Source: Synechococcus sp. (lineage in GTDB: Bacteria > Cyanobacteriota > Cyanobacteriia > PCC-6307 > Cyanobiaceae). Taken from it: a stretch of 64,000 nt of DNA. The notes beneath the pieces are model-generated. The model worked only from the letters and a program-made list of their open reading frames with translations. It was not told the origin of the DNA and made no database searches. The translations under genes were made by a program, and so were the position numbers. Each line of letters starts with the position of its first letter. Positions within the stretch are counted from its first letter, which is position 1. Positions 1 to 11,190 of the stretch are shown in pieces. Location of the stretch: the NCBI GenBank assembly GCA_047285535.1, contig JBJBDC010000001.1, positions 704,136 through 768,135 on the forward strand. The letters are read 5' to 3'.

Positions 1-254
1 AATGGAGAAAATCAATAAGGATGAGACAGCAAACCATCAATTAATCGTGGGAGGACGTTGATCTTCAGGTTAGCCCAATGATGAGTTTTCAGATCTCTTT
101 GATGCTCAAGGTTGGATTCGAGAATCAACGAAGCCCCTTTTCGCTACAACATCAAAACAACTGATAGGAACCCCATTAGAAGCAGCAGACAAGGCAATGA
201 AATGGATCAGAAGGCAATAATGTTTTTTCCGCAATTCCTCTATAGAGTCTGGAC

Positions 255-1487
255 TTGAGCAAATTGTTGAAATGCATGGCCAGAGCTCGTAGGGCAAGAG
301 ACAACCGAGTCCAGCTGAAAAGGGTCGCCGCCACAACATTCATGAGCTTGTCGGTGTTCATCGCTCCCATGCTTAATGCCTGCTCAAAAACAAAACCACA
401 AGACTCCGGCATTGAACAACAAGAAGTCTCACGTCGTGTCTCAGCCCTTGGCAGAATTGAACCACAGGGAATGATCAGACGCATCACAAGTCCAGCATCC
501 CTAAGTCATGATCGCGTTGAGCGCGTGTTTGTCAAAGAAGGAGAAACAGTTCAGGAAGGCCAGGAGTTGGCTTACCTGAGCAGTCAATCCACTCGCCAAG
601 CCTCACTCAACCTTGCGAAACAAAGAGTTGAATTGAGTCGGAGCAAGCTGAAAAATATTAAGGCTGGGCCTGGTCCAGATGCCATCGCAGCTCAAAAAGC
701 AACGGTCAAAAGCCTTTTGATGCAGAAAAAAACTGTAGAGCAAACCCTCAGACGTCAGATTGAGCAAGCACGATCAAGAGCGTCCACAGCTGATATCGAA
801 GCCAAGCGCTATGAGCAGTTATTCCAAAACAATGCGATTTCAGAACTTGATCGTAATCGCTACAGAAAAAAGGCTGAAACAGCGAATGCGCGCTTAAACG
901 AACTACAAAAACAAAGCTCTGGATCTCAGGCTCGTTTAGATGCTGAGATCACCGCAGCAAGGAGTAGGGTTGCCGAGCTCCAAAATGTTCGACCAGAGGA
1001 TATCAATCAGGCGCGTCAAGCGCTCTTAAAAGCAGAAGCAGAAAGGGATCGAGCCCAACAGGAACTGAATGAAACCATTATACGATCTCCAGAGAACGGA
1101 CAGATCCTGCAGATTTTTGCTCGCGCTGGTGAGCGGATCGGCAATCAGGGCATCCTTGAGATGGCTGACACAGACAATATGATTGTTACAGCTGAGGTCT
1201 ATCAGACAGATTTGGACTTGTTGAAGGTTGGCCAGGGAGCAACCGTTACAGCACCAGGATTCAGAGATGGAAGTGTTCAAGCAACGCTTACGAAAATTCT
1301 TCCACAGGTACAACGTCAAGCAACATTTTCTAATACACCTGGAGAAAATTTAGATCAGAGAGTCTTCAACGTTAGGCTAAAGTTAGACCCAAATCCAGAG
1401 CAACGTGAACGTCTAAGACTGGGCTCCAACATGCAGGTCCAGGTCATTTTTGATCCGAGCACGTCTACACCCGAACCTAAGAAATAA
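255..1487 (+). CDS. devB: DevB-like ABC exporter membrane fusion protein (HlyD family)
   Basis: VSALGRIEP, VKEGETVQEGQELA lipoyl half, long coiled coil, VTAEVYQTD, NLDQRVFNVRL; followed by devC and devA. True start may be ATG 342 or 369 (LNAC lipobox-like). Confidence 0.85.
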   Translation: MSKLLKCMARARRARDNRVQLKRVAATTFMSLSVFIAPMLNACSKTKPQDSGIEQQEVSRRVSALGRIEPQGMIRRITSPASLSHDRVERVFVKEGETVQEGQELAYLSSQSTRQASLNLAKQRVELSRSKLKNIKAGPGPDAIAAQKATVKSLLMQKKTVEQTLRRQIEQARSRASTADIEAKRYEQLFQNNAISELDRNRYRKKAETANARLNELQKQSSGSQARLDAEITAARSRVAELQNVRPEDINQARQALLKAEAERDRAQQELNETIIRSPENGQILQIFARAGERIGNQGILEMADTDNMIVTAEVYQTDLDLLKVGQGATVTAPGFRDGSVQATLTKILPQVQRQATFSNTPGENLDQRVFNVRLKLDPNPEQRERLRLGSNMQVQVIFDPSTSTPEPKK

Positions 1488-1498
1488 ACAATTAAACC

Positions 1499-2674
1499 AT
1501 GAATCGAATGATTTATCGATGGATCAAACGCACTCCTGTTGCTTGGCTTCAGACCAGCTACAATCCCGTTAAACTTGTGATTGGAATAGCTGGAGTAAGC
1601 TTTTCAAACATCTTGATATTTTTCCAATTAGGCCTTTTAGATAGTGTTTACAACAGTCAGCTAAGGCCTATTGAAAAGCTTGATGCAGAACTTCTTATGG
1701 TGAGTTCTGGCTATTCCAATTTTGGCTCACTTCAAACGTTCAACAGAAGCCGTTTATTCCAGACTCTTGGAGTTGAAGGGGTTAAGGCCATCTCACCCAT
1801 GCGAATCAGTCGAGCATCTTGGGTGACTCCAAATACAGGAAATTCTTACTTCATTAATGTTTTTGGCATCAATCCTTCCGGGCCATCACTTTCCATACCA
1901 GAGCTCAGACAAAATACTGTTTCAATACGCAAGCTTCGCAATGCCCTATTCGATAGCAGGACAAAATCTCACTATGGACCCATTGGTGAGTTAATTGCAA
2001 AGGATGGTTCTGCACAAGTGGAAGTCAACCAGCAACGGCTGAACATGATTGACACATTTCAACTTGGAGCAACCTTTGCCGCCGATGCAAATATCATTGT
2101 CTCCGAAAGTACTTTTTCATTGCTTTTTCCCAATCAAAAACCGAACCAAATCCAATTAGGATTGATTCAACTTAAAAACGGTGTCAATCCGCTGGCAGTA
2201 CAGAGAGCACTGCGTCCAATCCTTGGTGACCAGGTCATGGTTCTTACACGTTCAGAATTATCTGCATTGGAACTAAACTACTGGCGCCGCAGTAGTTCGA
2301 TTGGATTTATCTTCACGATCGGAGTTCTGGTTGGATTCATCGTTGGCAGCATCATCGTGTACCAAATTCTGTTTGGTGATGTCATGAATTCTTTGCCACA
2401 ATTTGCCACCCTTAAAGCCATGGGTTATACCGATGGATACATTATTTCAGTGGTGGTTCAACAAGGTGCAATTTTGGCTGTGATTGGATTTATCCCTGGA
2501 GTGATCTGCTCTATAGGTTTGTACTCACTACTGGCTAATGCAACCAATCTGGCAATCGCCATGACAGCAAACCGTGCTGTGCAAGTTCTTATTCTTACGC
2601 TTGTCATGTGTACCGGATCTGCAGCGCTAGCAACTCGAAAGCTCATCAAGCTTGATCCTGCAGATGTGTTCTGA
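1499..2674 (+). CDS. devC: DevC-like ABC exporter permease (FtsX/MacB-type)
   Basis: TPVAWLQ start, FFQLG, LGATFAAD, GSIIVYQIL, ATLKAMGY and C-terminal DPADVF typical of DevC. Confidence 0.9.
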   Translation: MNRMIYRWIKRTPVAWLQTSYNPVKLVIGIAGVSFSNILIFFQLGLLDSVYNSQLRPIEKLDAELLMVSSGYSNFGSLQTFNRSRLFQTLGVEGVKAISPMRISRASWVTPNTGNSYFINVFGINPSGPSLSIPELRQNTVSIRKLRNALFDSRTKSHYGPIGELIAKDGSAQVEVNQQRLNMIDTFQLGATFAADANIIVSESTFSLLFPNQKPNQIQLGLIQLKNGVNPLAVQRALRPILGDQVMVLTRSELSALELNYWRRSSSIGFIFTIGVLVGFIVGSIIVYQILFGDVMNSLPQFATLKAMGYTDGYIISVVVQQGAILAVIGFIPGVICSIGLYSLLANATNLAIAMTANRAVQVLILTLVMCTGSAALATRKLIKLDPADVF

Positions 2675-2703
2675 ATGTTTAATTCTTCATTGTCGTATTA
2701 ATC

Positions 2704-3465
2704 ATGACTTCACCCAGTTCACCCAAATCAGTTGATCATCATCAGGATCCAGTGATTTCCCTGAAAAATGTCAACCACTGGTTTGGCCATGGGGAAAGCA
2801 GAAAGCACGCTCTTAAGGACATCTCACTTGACATCTATCCAGGACAAATTGTCATTTGCACAGGTCCATCAGGATCAGGAAAAACAACACTGCTGACCAT
2901 GCTGGGTGGACTTCGCTCCTGCATGGATGGCAGTTTAAAAATTCTTGGAGAAGAACTTCGCGGAGCCAGCAAAGGTCAACTTTCCAAACTAAGGCTCAAT
3001 GTGGGATTTATCTTTCAGGCCCACAATCTGATGATGTTCATGAATGCCAAAAGAAACGTACGTTTAGCTCTCGAACTTCATGATGAGCAGTTTGATCATG
3101 ACATGGATCATTTAGCCACAGAGATGCTTGAGAAAGTTGGCCTGGGAGAACGGGTTGATTACATGCCTGATGATCTATCAGGCGGACAGCGTCAACGGGT
3201 TGCGATTGCACGAGCATTGGTCAGCAAGCCCAAAATCATTCTGGGAGATGAACCAACTGCAGCCTTAGACAAAGAATCAGGTCGGCAGGTGGTCAAGCTC
3301 ATGAAACAGATGGCGGAAGAAAACCAAACAACAATTATCATGGTCACTCATGACAACAAGATTCTTGATGTGGCTGATCGGATTATTATTGTTGATGACG
3401 GAGCTCTAGCCAGCAAGGAAAAAGAAGAAGCATTTATCGCAAAGATGAGGGATTCACACTCATAG
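2704..3465 (+). CDS. devA: DevA-like ABC transporter ATP-binding protein
   Basis: Walker A GPSGSGKT, GFIFQAHNL, signature LSGGQRQRVAIARAL, DEPTAALD, VTHD. Confidence 0.92.
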   Translation: MTSPSSPKSVDHHQDPVISLKNVNHWFGHGESRKHALKDISLDIYPGQIVICTGPSGSGKTTLLTMLGGLRSCMDGSLKILGEELRGASKGQLSKLRLNVGFIFQAHNLMMFMNAKRNVRLALELHDEQFDHDMDHLATEMLEKVGLGERVDYMPDDLSGGQRQRVAIARALVSKPKIILGDEPTAALDKESGRQVVKLMKQMAEENQTTIIMVTHDNKILDVADRIIIVDDGALASKEKEEAFIAKMRDSHS

Positions 3466-3701
3466 ATTTAATATTTTCCAATCAATCAGATGTTTATGCC
3501 AGAAATACCAGGTCCAACCCTAGATTCAAATAGCGAAAATTGACTCATAAAGATCTCAACATCATGGGCTGAGAAATTATTTTTTATCACCATTTTTACT
3601 TATCTAGCCTAAAAACCTGCTTTCTATACTGGTAACTAATTAACTATTCACTGACCCACGCAGGAGACAGATGCATGGTTTAGATGTATAGCTTGGCCAG
3701 C

Positions 3702-5021
3702 TTAGTTCGACTGATCATGGCCATGTCCTTTGAGGTTTTGAATCAACTCATTTGAAAGACGAGGCGGATGGCTCCCAAAAGCAATCATCCGCGCAGGCAA
3801 ATTGCGCAGCACTGGCAATTTCAGCAACAACCGAAGAAGCAAAGGCACCCGAAACGGCTGATCGCTTCGAAGGGCACTGCTGATGATGTACTTCTGAACA
3901 AGTGTTTGAAACCTCTGGATGGCATGGACGGCTCCTTCCCGTTGCCTTTGCACAGCCGCAAGCTGATCAGGGTTGATGCATTCATTTTTCAACGCCTCAG
4001 TGAGCAGATTCGCAGTCGCAATCGCATCCTGAATCGCCACATTGATTCCCACGCCTCCGACCGGCGACATCACATGAGCGGCATCTCCAATCAACAGCAG
4101 CCCAGGTTGATACCACTGGCGCACGCAACTCGATTCCACTGACAGCACCACAACCTGCTTCCAGGACTGCAACGCGATGACCCGGTCAGAAAGCCACGGG
4201 ACCTGTCGGCTCATCTCAGCACGGAACGTCTCGAGACCGGCGGCTTTGGTAGCAGCGAACTGTCCCTTCACAAGGATGTAACCCACCTGCCACTCCTGAT
4301 CACGTTCCAAAAGGACCACCAGATGTCCTTTGCTCACATGGAAACGAAACTGGTCGTGGGGATCATCCGGTCTGCGGGGCAAGCGAAACCAAAGCACATC
4401 CATTGGTGGTGAGGTGCGATCAGATTCAGCACCACAGAGGCTGCGCACCTTGGAGAAACGCCCATCAGCTCCCACAGTGAGCGCAGCGTGAACCTCATGC
4501 AGAGCATGTTGACGATCTTTGTAGCGCACGCCGCTGATCGCTCCGTTCTCCTGGATGAGTTCCTCAACGCGGGCACCCATCAGCAACTCAAAGCCTGGGT
4601 ACCGACTAGCTTCCTCGGCGAGGCAATGAAGGAACTTGACCTGCGGTAACACGGCGACAAAAGGGAAGCGCGTGTTGAGACGGCGAAAGTCCGCCAGTTT
4701 GGTGAGTGTTCCCTCGGAATAAAGCTGGGCCATCTCCATGCGGCCATGGGGAAGCTCCAAAATCCTGTCCGCCAGACCGATTTGATCAAGGGCCTCGAGG
4801 ATGGCTGGGTGGATGGTGTCGCCGCGGAAATCCCGATCGAAATCAAGTTGCGACTCCAGCACGGTGACCTTCAGCCCCTGCCGAGCCAGCAACAGACCAA
4901 GCATCATGCCGGCAGGCCCAGCGCCAACCACACAGCAGCGGGTGGTGCGTTGATCACTATCGCTATGGTCTTTCGATGGCTGGTCTCTCACGGTCTGGTC
5001 AGTCACGTTGTGTTCCATCAC
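3702..5021 (-). CDS. FAD-dependent monooxygenase/oxidoreductase (UbiH/PheA-like)
   Basis: GAGPAG Rossmann motif, RDFRGD, VGADGRFS, IGDAAHVMSPVGGVGINVAIQDA. Confidence 0.9.
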   Translation of the reverse strand: MMEHNVTDQTVRDQPSKDHSDSDQRTTRCCVVGAGPAGMMLGLLLARQGLKVTVLESQLDFDRDFRGDTIHPAILEALDQIGLADRILELPHGRMEMAQLYSEGTLTKLADFRRLNTRFPFVAVLPQVKFLHCLAEEASRYPGFELLMGARVEELIQENGAISGVRYKDRQHALHEVHAALTVGADGRFSKVRSLCGAESDRTSPPMDVLWFRLPRRPDDPHDQFRFHVSKGHLVVLLERDQEWQVGYILVKGQFAATKAAGLETFRAEMSRQVPWLSDRVIALQSWKQVVVLSVESSCVRQWYQPGLLLIGDAAHVMSPVGGVGINVAIQDAIATANLLTEALKNECINPDQLAAVQRQREGAVHAIQRFQTLVQKYIISSALRSDQPFRVPLLLRLLLKLPVLRNLPARMIAFGSHPPRLSNELIQNLKGHGHDQSN

Positions 5022-5199
5022 TGATCCACCAAGTCAGAACTGCATGATGAGCCGGATGACAACCAGCGGGAATGGGTGGGTTACCTGAAAAGGAATCAGT
5101 GACTTTGGCCCTGTTACTACAGAACCTTGCTCAGACAGCCTCCGGACGAAGCCAATCCGATCAGAGTTACAGGGCTACTCAAGACACCAAACCCTGGTG

Positions 5200-5418
5200 T
5201 CGACAACAGACAGCCACAAGAACTTGCCATTCCTGCTTGGTTGGGTCTTCCTGCTCCATGCAATGCCCTTGGAAAACCAAGAATTGCTTGGCCCCCATCC
5301 TTCAGGGAGATGTTGATCATCCCGAGATCATCTGCTCTGCCTTCTTTTTCGCACCTGCAGGCAATGATGAAAAGAATGCAGCAGTCGCGAGAAGCCCTGC
5401 AGTGATCTGCCGCAGCAT
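5200..5418 (-). pseudogene. Decayed 5' fragment of a picocyanobacterial outer-membrane beta-barrel protein (family often mis-annotated as carbamoyl-phosphate synthase L chain)
   Basis: Signal peptide MLRQITAGLLATAAFFSSLPAGA, frameshift at an A-run, then ADDLGMINISLKD...LGFPRALHGAGRPNQAG. This resembles the family N-terminus as I recall it (ADDLGVMSISLKD...GFQGALQGAGTPNQAG). End coordinate approximate. Confidence 0.5.
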
Positions 5419-6542
5419 GACTCAGAGCTGGGCATCAACCAAAGCTGACTTACGCGTAATGCTGATGCCAGCAGCAAGAGGCAGTTTCAGCTTTGCTGGT
5501 TGTTGGTAGGTCATCAACAAACCTGTGGAAGACGCACGACAGGCTCAAGCCCCATCAGCTTCTTTGGATGAGCCGTGCCACACGATGATTGCAATCACTT
5601 AACGCTTTGATCTTGCTCAAGGGGCCATAAAACCAGCAGCGATGGCAGTTTCTGTAATTTTGGAGATCTGACATAGGGTCATTGCAAGGCGAGAAGCATC
5701 GAGATGCATCCGACTCCCTCATTTCATTCATAGGGAGCAGCTCTCATCTGCTGGGTTGATGACATCCAGGCTTGTCTGGTCATGCTCATGCCATTCAAAA
5801 GCCCCCACGTCCAATGTGAGTGCGGCAACGAAGAGCTTGATCGTCCATCACATCTGAGATCAGGACTCCATCAGCATTGAAGTTCCGGCTTCAGGGACCG
5901 TATCTGCATTGTTGCTCGCTTCAGCAGATTTGGCCCCTCTTCTCCCAGACCCCCGCCCCCGGGGTGTTGAAGGGTCCAGAGAGAGGTCTGTTCCCTTCAA
6001 CATCAAAGCTATGAAGCACATTCAAGGAGAGATGAAAAAGGTTGCAAGAAGACGCTTAATGAATAATGCTTCGCTTAAAGAACAAAGAACTCAGCAGAAT
6101 CACCTACCACAAAACTGACGACCCAAAGGCCGCTGGACTCTGTGAGCACCGCTCAAGTGTTGGGAGTTGAGCAATACTCGTCTCTTCTCATCGCCTGGAT
6201 GGCCCCATGACTTGTCAGGCCGTTGCGGGTCGAATGAAGCAGTGGGCGGACACAGCCCGTGGGCAAGCTCCACACAGATGGTAGCTGCCACGCCCACGCG
6301 ACTGCACACGATCGGGACGCTCCATTCTGGACCTAGGCATCGCTTGTTGAATGCGGTTTTAAACGGAGTTCATCGGCTTGTTGTTCTGATCCTGCTTGAC
6401 TGGCCCAGCTCTAACTTGATATGCATGAAGCGGATCGTGCACTCATGATTTCAATCATTAAATCAATACTGATGTGAGCAGGTTGCTCTTTTTTAAGGCA
6501 TAATATCAATTGCTAGATAACATGTAGCTTGAAGCTAGAATT

Positions 6543-7751
6543 TTGATTGCGTCTCCGGTGCTCCAGTCAAAACTAGGTCCTTTAAGGTCAATACTTGCAG
6601 GAGTATGTGCGATTGGTATTGCGCTTGGGATGTCTAGATTTGCCTATACGCCTTTGGTGCCAGCGCTGATTAGAGATGGCTGGGTCGATGTTCCCCAGGC
6701 CGGATTTCTTGGAGCAGCCAACTGTACTGGCTACATCGCAAGTTGCTTTATTGCAATATTTTTACCGAGACGCTATGGGGTTCAATCTGTCATGAGATTG
6801 GGGCTTGGGTTTAGCTTGCTGGGTGTCCTCATGTCAGCATTTGACTTCGGATTTTTATGGCTTGTTCTTGCGAGATTCACAGCTGGATTATCAGCTGCCC
6901 CTTTGGTTGTTTTGACTCCTGCAGTTCTAGCCTCTCAATTGCCAGACAAACTTAAAAAGATTGGAGCTGGGTTGGCATTTGCTGGCTCTGGCTTATTTAC
7001 TCTGTTCGTATCATTAACACTTCCATTTGTTTTGTCAAAAGAAGTTCAAATTGGTTGGTTTTACGAAGCATTGATTGTTGTAATTGCGTCTCTAGCTGTT
7101 TGGCCATTGATAACCCGGGCACCTCAAAAGCCCCTCCCCGCAAGAGCCAAGTCAGAGCGCTTCACTGGGAACCAGAAAAAAGTTTTAGTTGGACTTTCTC
7201 TTGCTTATGCGTGTGGAGCGATAGGGATGCAGCCGCCCACTCTTTTTATGACCGATTACTTGCATCGTGATTTAGGGGTTGCAATCGCCGAAGCGAGTCA
7301 GGTCTTTAGCTTTCTTGGACTAGGCTGCGCCATGGGTGCAGCATGCAGCGGAGTTCTCGTTACTCAATATGGAACCCGTGCAACATTGCTCACCATGTAT
7401 TCAAGCGGTATCGCGAGCTTGATTATTGTGTTGATGACAGAGAAGGTTTGGTTGTTGGCTATTTCAGCTGCACTTGCAGGCTTCTTTGCTCTTGGGATGG
7501 TAGCAGCGACCTCTCAGAGGACGATGGAGTGCGTAGGTCCTGATCAACATCCCAGAGTTTGGGGCAGCCTGAGTTTGATTTTTGCGTTTGGTTTGAGTAT
7601 CGGAAGTACTGGTATGTCAACTCTCCTAGAGCATGGCGCCTCTTATACCAATTTGTTTGAGATTGCTGCTGTCGCTCTTGGCCTTGGTCTGTTCTCTACA
7701 TCTTTATTGAGCTGCAGACAATTAATATCTGATTCAAAATCGGTGTCCTAA
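6543..7751 (+). CDS. MFS transporter, YbfB/YjiJ (DUF1228) family
   Basis: GMSRFAYTPLVPALI, AGFLGAANCTGY, about 12 hydrophobic segments. Confidence 0.85.
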   Translation: MIASPVLQSKLGPLRSILAGVCAIGIALGMSRFAYTPLVPALIRDGWVDVPQAGFLGAANCTGYIASCFIAIFLPRRYGVQSVMRLGLGFSLLGVLMSAFDFGFLWLVLARFTAGLSAAPLVVLTPAVLASQLPDKLKKIGAGLAFAGSGLFTLFVSLTLPFVLSKEVQIGWFYEALIVVIASLAVWPLITRAPQKPLPARAKSERFTGNQKKVLVGLSLAYACGAIGMQPPTLFMTDYLHRDLGVAIAEASQVFSFLGLGCAMGAACSGVLVTQYGTRATLLTMYSSGIASLIIVLMTEKVWLLAISAALAGFFALGMVAATSQRTMECVGPDQHPRVWGSLSLIFAFGLSIGSTGMSTLLEHGASYTNLFEIAAVALGLGLFSTSLLSCRQLISDSKSVS

Positions 7752-8547
7752 AAGACCTGGACTGCTCGTATGCAGAGCTGCTGCAAGCAAAACGCAGTAT
7801 TGGATTCTTGCTGCGAGTAATAAGTCAGGCTCTTCGACGCCTGTTTCCACCTTACGCATCGAAACAAGTCATGTGATGTGGTCAGCGAGGGAACAACGGC
7901 AGTTATGAATCTATTCACTCACATTTATGCGGCATAGGGCCAGCAAGCTGCAATCCTTCGCTAACAACGTCAGTAAGCCCTGCACGAGAAACTTCTTTAG
8001 GGGAGGATGCGAATGCGATAGGCCGAACACTCATTTCGGTTTTGAATGAATGAGCTCTACTGAAGTGCAGAACGTCGCAAGTGGTTCTGCTCTCACTCAT
8101 CAGCAACACTCGAACATGCTCCCCGACGTGCTATCGCTGTTCGACGGAGTCGTGATACACCACACCGAATTGCTTACCCATCTGTGGGAATGGGAGGCTG
8201 ACTGGCCATGGACCAACCAAACATCACCATGAGGCACTCGAGAGTTGCAGCATCGAAGGCTATGGTTCCAGGAATCAATAACAATGTCTGTATCCCAAAG
8301 CCGGCAAAGCATTGGCTCCAACCTTCGTCATCCATACCGAAGGGTAAAAACAACCTGGGCATAAATCCTTGAAGACGTTGATGCCAGATTGAGAGGTAGG
8401 CAAGAATCCTTGCCTTGGCGCATCTTCTTCACTTAGCGCACCATTGGTTCATGGCTGCTGCGGGTACAGTTTCAAAAAGATCTGCCTTCAAGCATTGTCA
8501 AGACATACCGTGCGCTTGAAGCACTGCTTGTGTTTGGACTTCATAGG

Positions 8548-8572
8548 GCCAGCCGTGGACATGACGGCTGGC
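8548..8572 (-). terminator. 9-bp GC-rich hairpin just 3' of the ABM gene
   Basis: GCCAGCCGT-ggacatg-ACGGCTGGC, 25 nt after the stop; no clear U-tract. Confidence 0.35.
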
Positions 8573-8597
8573 GACACAAAGCTTTCGTGAGGAGTCT

Positions 8598-8954
8598 TTA
8601 ATGACGGAAGCCTGTTTCAAGTGTGAATAACGTTGGGTTCAGCGCAGCTACCTTCTCCTGGAGAATCTCCAACTGATCTGCGCTGCCGTGAATTTCCAAA
8701 CGCTCGAGTTCGGCATACTTGAGAGCTTCTTGGATTAAGGCGCCTACATTGTCCAAATGCAACAGCGCGGCATGAGCATCAACATACGCTTCACGGCAGA
8801 ATGCTTGATTACCAGCAAAAGAAAAGCCGTAATTTAAGCAACCTTTCTCGCTCGATGTTTTCTCAATGAACTGATCGCAAACCTCGCGAAATTGATCTGA
8901 GCAGCCAGTTTTAATCACAAAGTATGGATGAATTGAAACAGATTGGTCCATCAC
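8598..8954 (-). CDS. Putative quinol monooxygenase (ABM, dimeric alpha-beta barrel)
   Basis: EKGCLNYGF, REAYVDAHAALLHL pattern; 118 aa. Confidence 0.75.
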   Translation of the reverse strand: MMDQSVSIHPYFVIKTGCSDQFREVCDQFIEKTSSEKGCLNYGFSFAGNQAFCREAYVDAHAALLHLDNVGALIQEALKYAELERLEIHGSADQLEILQEKVAALNPTLFTLETGFRH

Positions 8955-9228
8955 TTGGGGGGGATTTTTATAGGCTTCGTTATCCTATAAAACGATGCAA
9001 TTCAGCCTTGCGTAGTGCTCAGGTCCGAGCTTATCGGAGAGCCATTGTTTCATGACAAGCCAACAATCAGAGGGACCGTCAAGTTACTGGTTGGGCTTTT
9101 AGCTGTTCTCGATAGCCCATCGAGTGCAGGTCCAGAGGTCTCGCCTTGCCCATTGTTCGTGTGTGTCTTTTCGGTCTTTGTCAGTCATGCTGTCATCCTC
9201 CCCCGTGGAGCGAGCCAGGCATGAAGGA

Positions 9229-11190
9229 TCAGGCAGCCACAAGCCAGCGGCCAGCGAAACCAAGAAGAAGCAAGGTCGCCGCTGCGATCATCCAGCGCAC
9301 ACGATTAAGGGCCAACAATCGACGTGTCAGCACCACGCTGGTGACCCAGCCGAACGCGACAACCAAGGTCTGACAAAACCCGAGCACATGGGGATCGGCA
9401 GACCAACGAGGCCAACCAGTGGGCAGCAGGGTGCCTGCCTCCAGCAGGCCAAGAGGCAGGTGCCGCGCCAGAAGCAGAGCCCAGAGAAGGGGCAGTGCTG
9501 CATACAGCCAACGACGATTCAGCCACAATCCAACAAACGCAGGGATGGCCAAGGCAAACAAAGCAATGCTCAGTCGCGGAAGCAGGGGCCCCTCATGCAA
9601 GGAAGCCGGAGCCATCGGCAACCAACCCAACAGCCTTTGCCAATGATGCAGGGTGATCCCTCCGGCCAGCACAAGGATCAGACCAGGTTCTCCATGCGGC
9701 TGATGCAGTCCGGCATGAATATCAGCGGCAGGGGGTCTTAGCCGTAGCTGCACGGATCGGTTAGGGCAGGCTTGGGTACAGGTCATACAGAGCACACAGT
9801 TGCGGTTGTCGCTCAGGTGAGCTGGATGGGTACCGAGGGGACAGCCTGCAGTGGCAAGTCCTTCACCTTCGGCAGGACCTCCCCTAAAGCAGGCATAACT
9901 GCTGCAACTGCCACTGCAAGTCCCTGCTTCCGCTCGCAATTCCAGGATCGAGAGCTTGGCGAACAAACCATTCATACCTCCTACAGGACAGAGATAGCGG
10001 CACCAGTAGCGCTTCTCGAATATCAGGGAGCCCACCACCGCGCCAGCGGTAATGACCAGCAGCAGACAGCTGCTGAGCCAGGCAGTGTTATCCAGGTTCC
10101 AGACCTCCTCCCAGATCAGAATCATGGCGAAGCCTGCCGCCAGAAGAGGAGAGGCCCAGCGGTCACTGTCTTGATGGGGCCAGGGGCGGGGACGCCAGGG
10201 TGCAATCCACTGGGCGATCCTCCCCCACACCATGAACGGACAAATGGCGCACCAAAGCCTGCCGACGAAGGGATAGGTCAGCAGGATCAGGGGCCACCAC
10301 CACGCCCAGAAAAGATTCAAGGCAGGATTGAGAGGGCGTGTCTGAGGCCCAATCCATAGGACCAGATTCACAGCGACGAACACCCAGCTCACCAGACCGA
10401 ACAACAGGCTGTTCCAGAGCACAGGCGCCCTCATCCACTCACGCAGCTTCGGCCTCCAGCGCCATAGGTCGAAGCGAGCCTTTCGTTGGGGATTGCCTGT
10501 CCAGAAGACTTCCTCAGGCAAAGAGGCAGGAAGGGCCTCGAGGTTCTCAAGCCGAACCTGACGCAAGGCTCGCTCAACCAGAGCTTCCAGCTCGCTCAGA
10601 TTGTTCGCAAAGTCATGGTTCTGTAGACGACGCACTACCTCTTCAGGAACTGCAGGAGGCGTAGACCAGCCCAGCCCGGGGCTTTGCAGCCTCAGGTCGT
10701 AGCGCAGCCAGTCTCCAAGGTCGGCACGACGCACACGCAGCGGTGGCACCCGGATCACCTGACAAACCGAATCAAGTGTCGGATCGGTGGTTTCGCTGGT
10801 GAACAGCATTCGACCGCTGAACCCCGTTTGCTCACATCGAGCCATCGCCAGCAAGCGTTGTTGCAGATTCGAATCGATCCGATCCACGCCGCTCACCAAC
10901 AGGGAGTTCTCGCCCAGTGCATCAAGCAGCTCCACGCCACTGCCTTTCAAATCAGTGGCAGTCAGACGAACCAGTAACCGGCGGCGTTCACTGGAGCCGT
11001 AGTGGATCAAAGCAGCGAGGTTGTCCTTCTGTAACCCTGGTTCGCCGCGAATCATCAGCGGTCTGCGCTCCTGATCATGGGAACTGTCAATCAGGCTCTG
11101 GCGCAGACGGCAGGCATATCGGCTTGATCCCACCACACCGCGGCGGGGGCGGCCGATCACGTAGGTGGACAGTTCCTTCAGGGATGCCAA
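9229..11190 (-). CDS. Degenerate sigma54-activator-like AAA domain fused to a membrane 4Fe-4S (NapH/RdxA-like) domain
   Basis: GEPGLQKD, VPPLRVRRADL, DFANNLSELE (AAA part); GRLWCAICP, WCRYLCP, CVLCMTCTQACP ferredoxin motifs with TM helices. Confidence 0.8.
   Translation of the reverse strand: MASLKELSTYVIGRPRRGVVGSSRYACRLRQSLIDSSHDQERRPLMIRGEPGLQKDNLAALIHYGSSERRRLLVRLTATDLKGSGVELLDALGENSLLVSGVDRIDSNLQQRLLAMARCEQTGFSGRMLFTSETTDPTLDSVCQVIRVPPLRVRRADLGDWLRYDLRLQSPGLGWSTPPAVPEEVVRRLQNHDFANNLSELEALVERALRQVRLENLEALPASLPEEVFWTGNPQRKARFDLWRWRPKLREWMRAPVLWNSLLFGLVSWVFVAVNLVLWIGPQTRPLNPALNLFWAWWWPLILLTYPFVGRLWCAICPFMVWGRIAQWIAPWRPRPWPHQDSDRWASPLLAAGFAMILIWEEVWNLDNTAWLSSCLLLVITAGAVVGSLIFEKRYWCRYLCPVGGMNGLFAKLSILELRAEAGTCSGSCSSYACFRGGPAEGEGLATAGCPLGTHPAHLSDNRNCVLCMTCTQACPNRSVQLRLRPPAADIHAGLHQPHGEPGLILVLAGGITLHHWQRLLGWLPMAPASLHEGPLLPRLSIALFALAIPAFVGLWLNRRWLYAALPLLWALLLARHLPLGLLEAGTLLPTGWPRWSADPHVLGFCQTLVVAFGWVTSVVLTRRLLALNRVRWMIAAATLLLLGFAGRWLVAA

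Noticed and set aside
1..220. Possible 3' end of an upstream gene
   Set aside because: The frame has two internal stops and no identifiable family
6100..6345. Possible remnant of a flavin monooxygenase N-terminus (minus strand)
   Set aside because: Only a vague resemblance; no intact GxGxxG
7760..8540. Possible degraded gene
   Set aside because: Frames are interrupted by stops and I recognise no motif
9229..11190. nifA and nitrogen fixation
   Set aside because: No GAFTGA or HTH, and no nif genes
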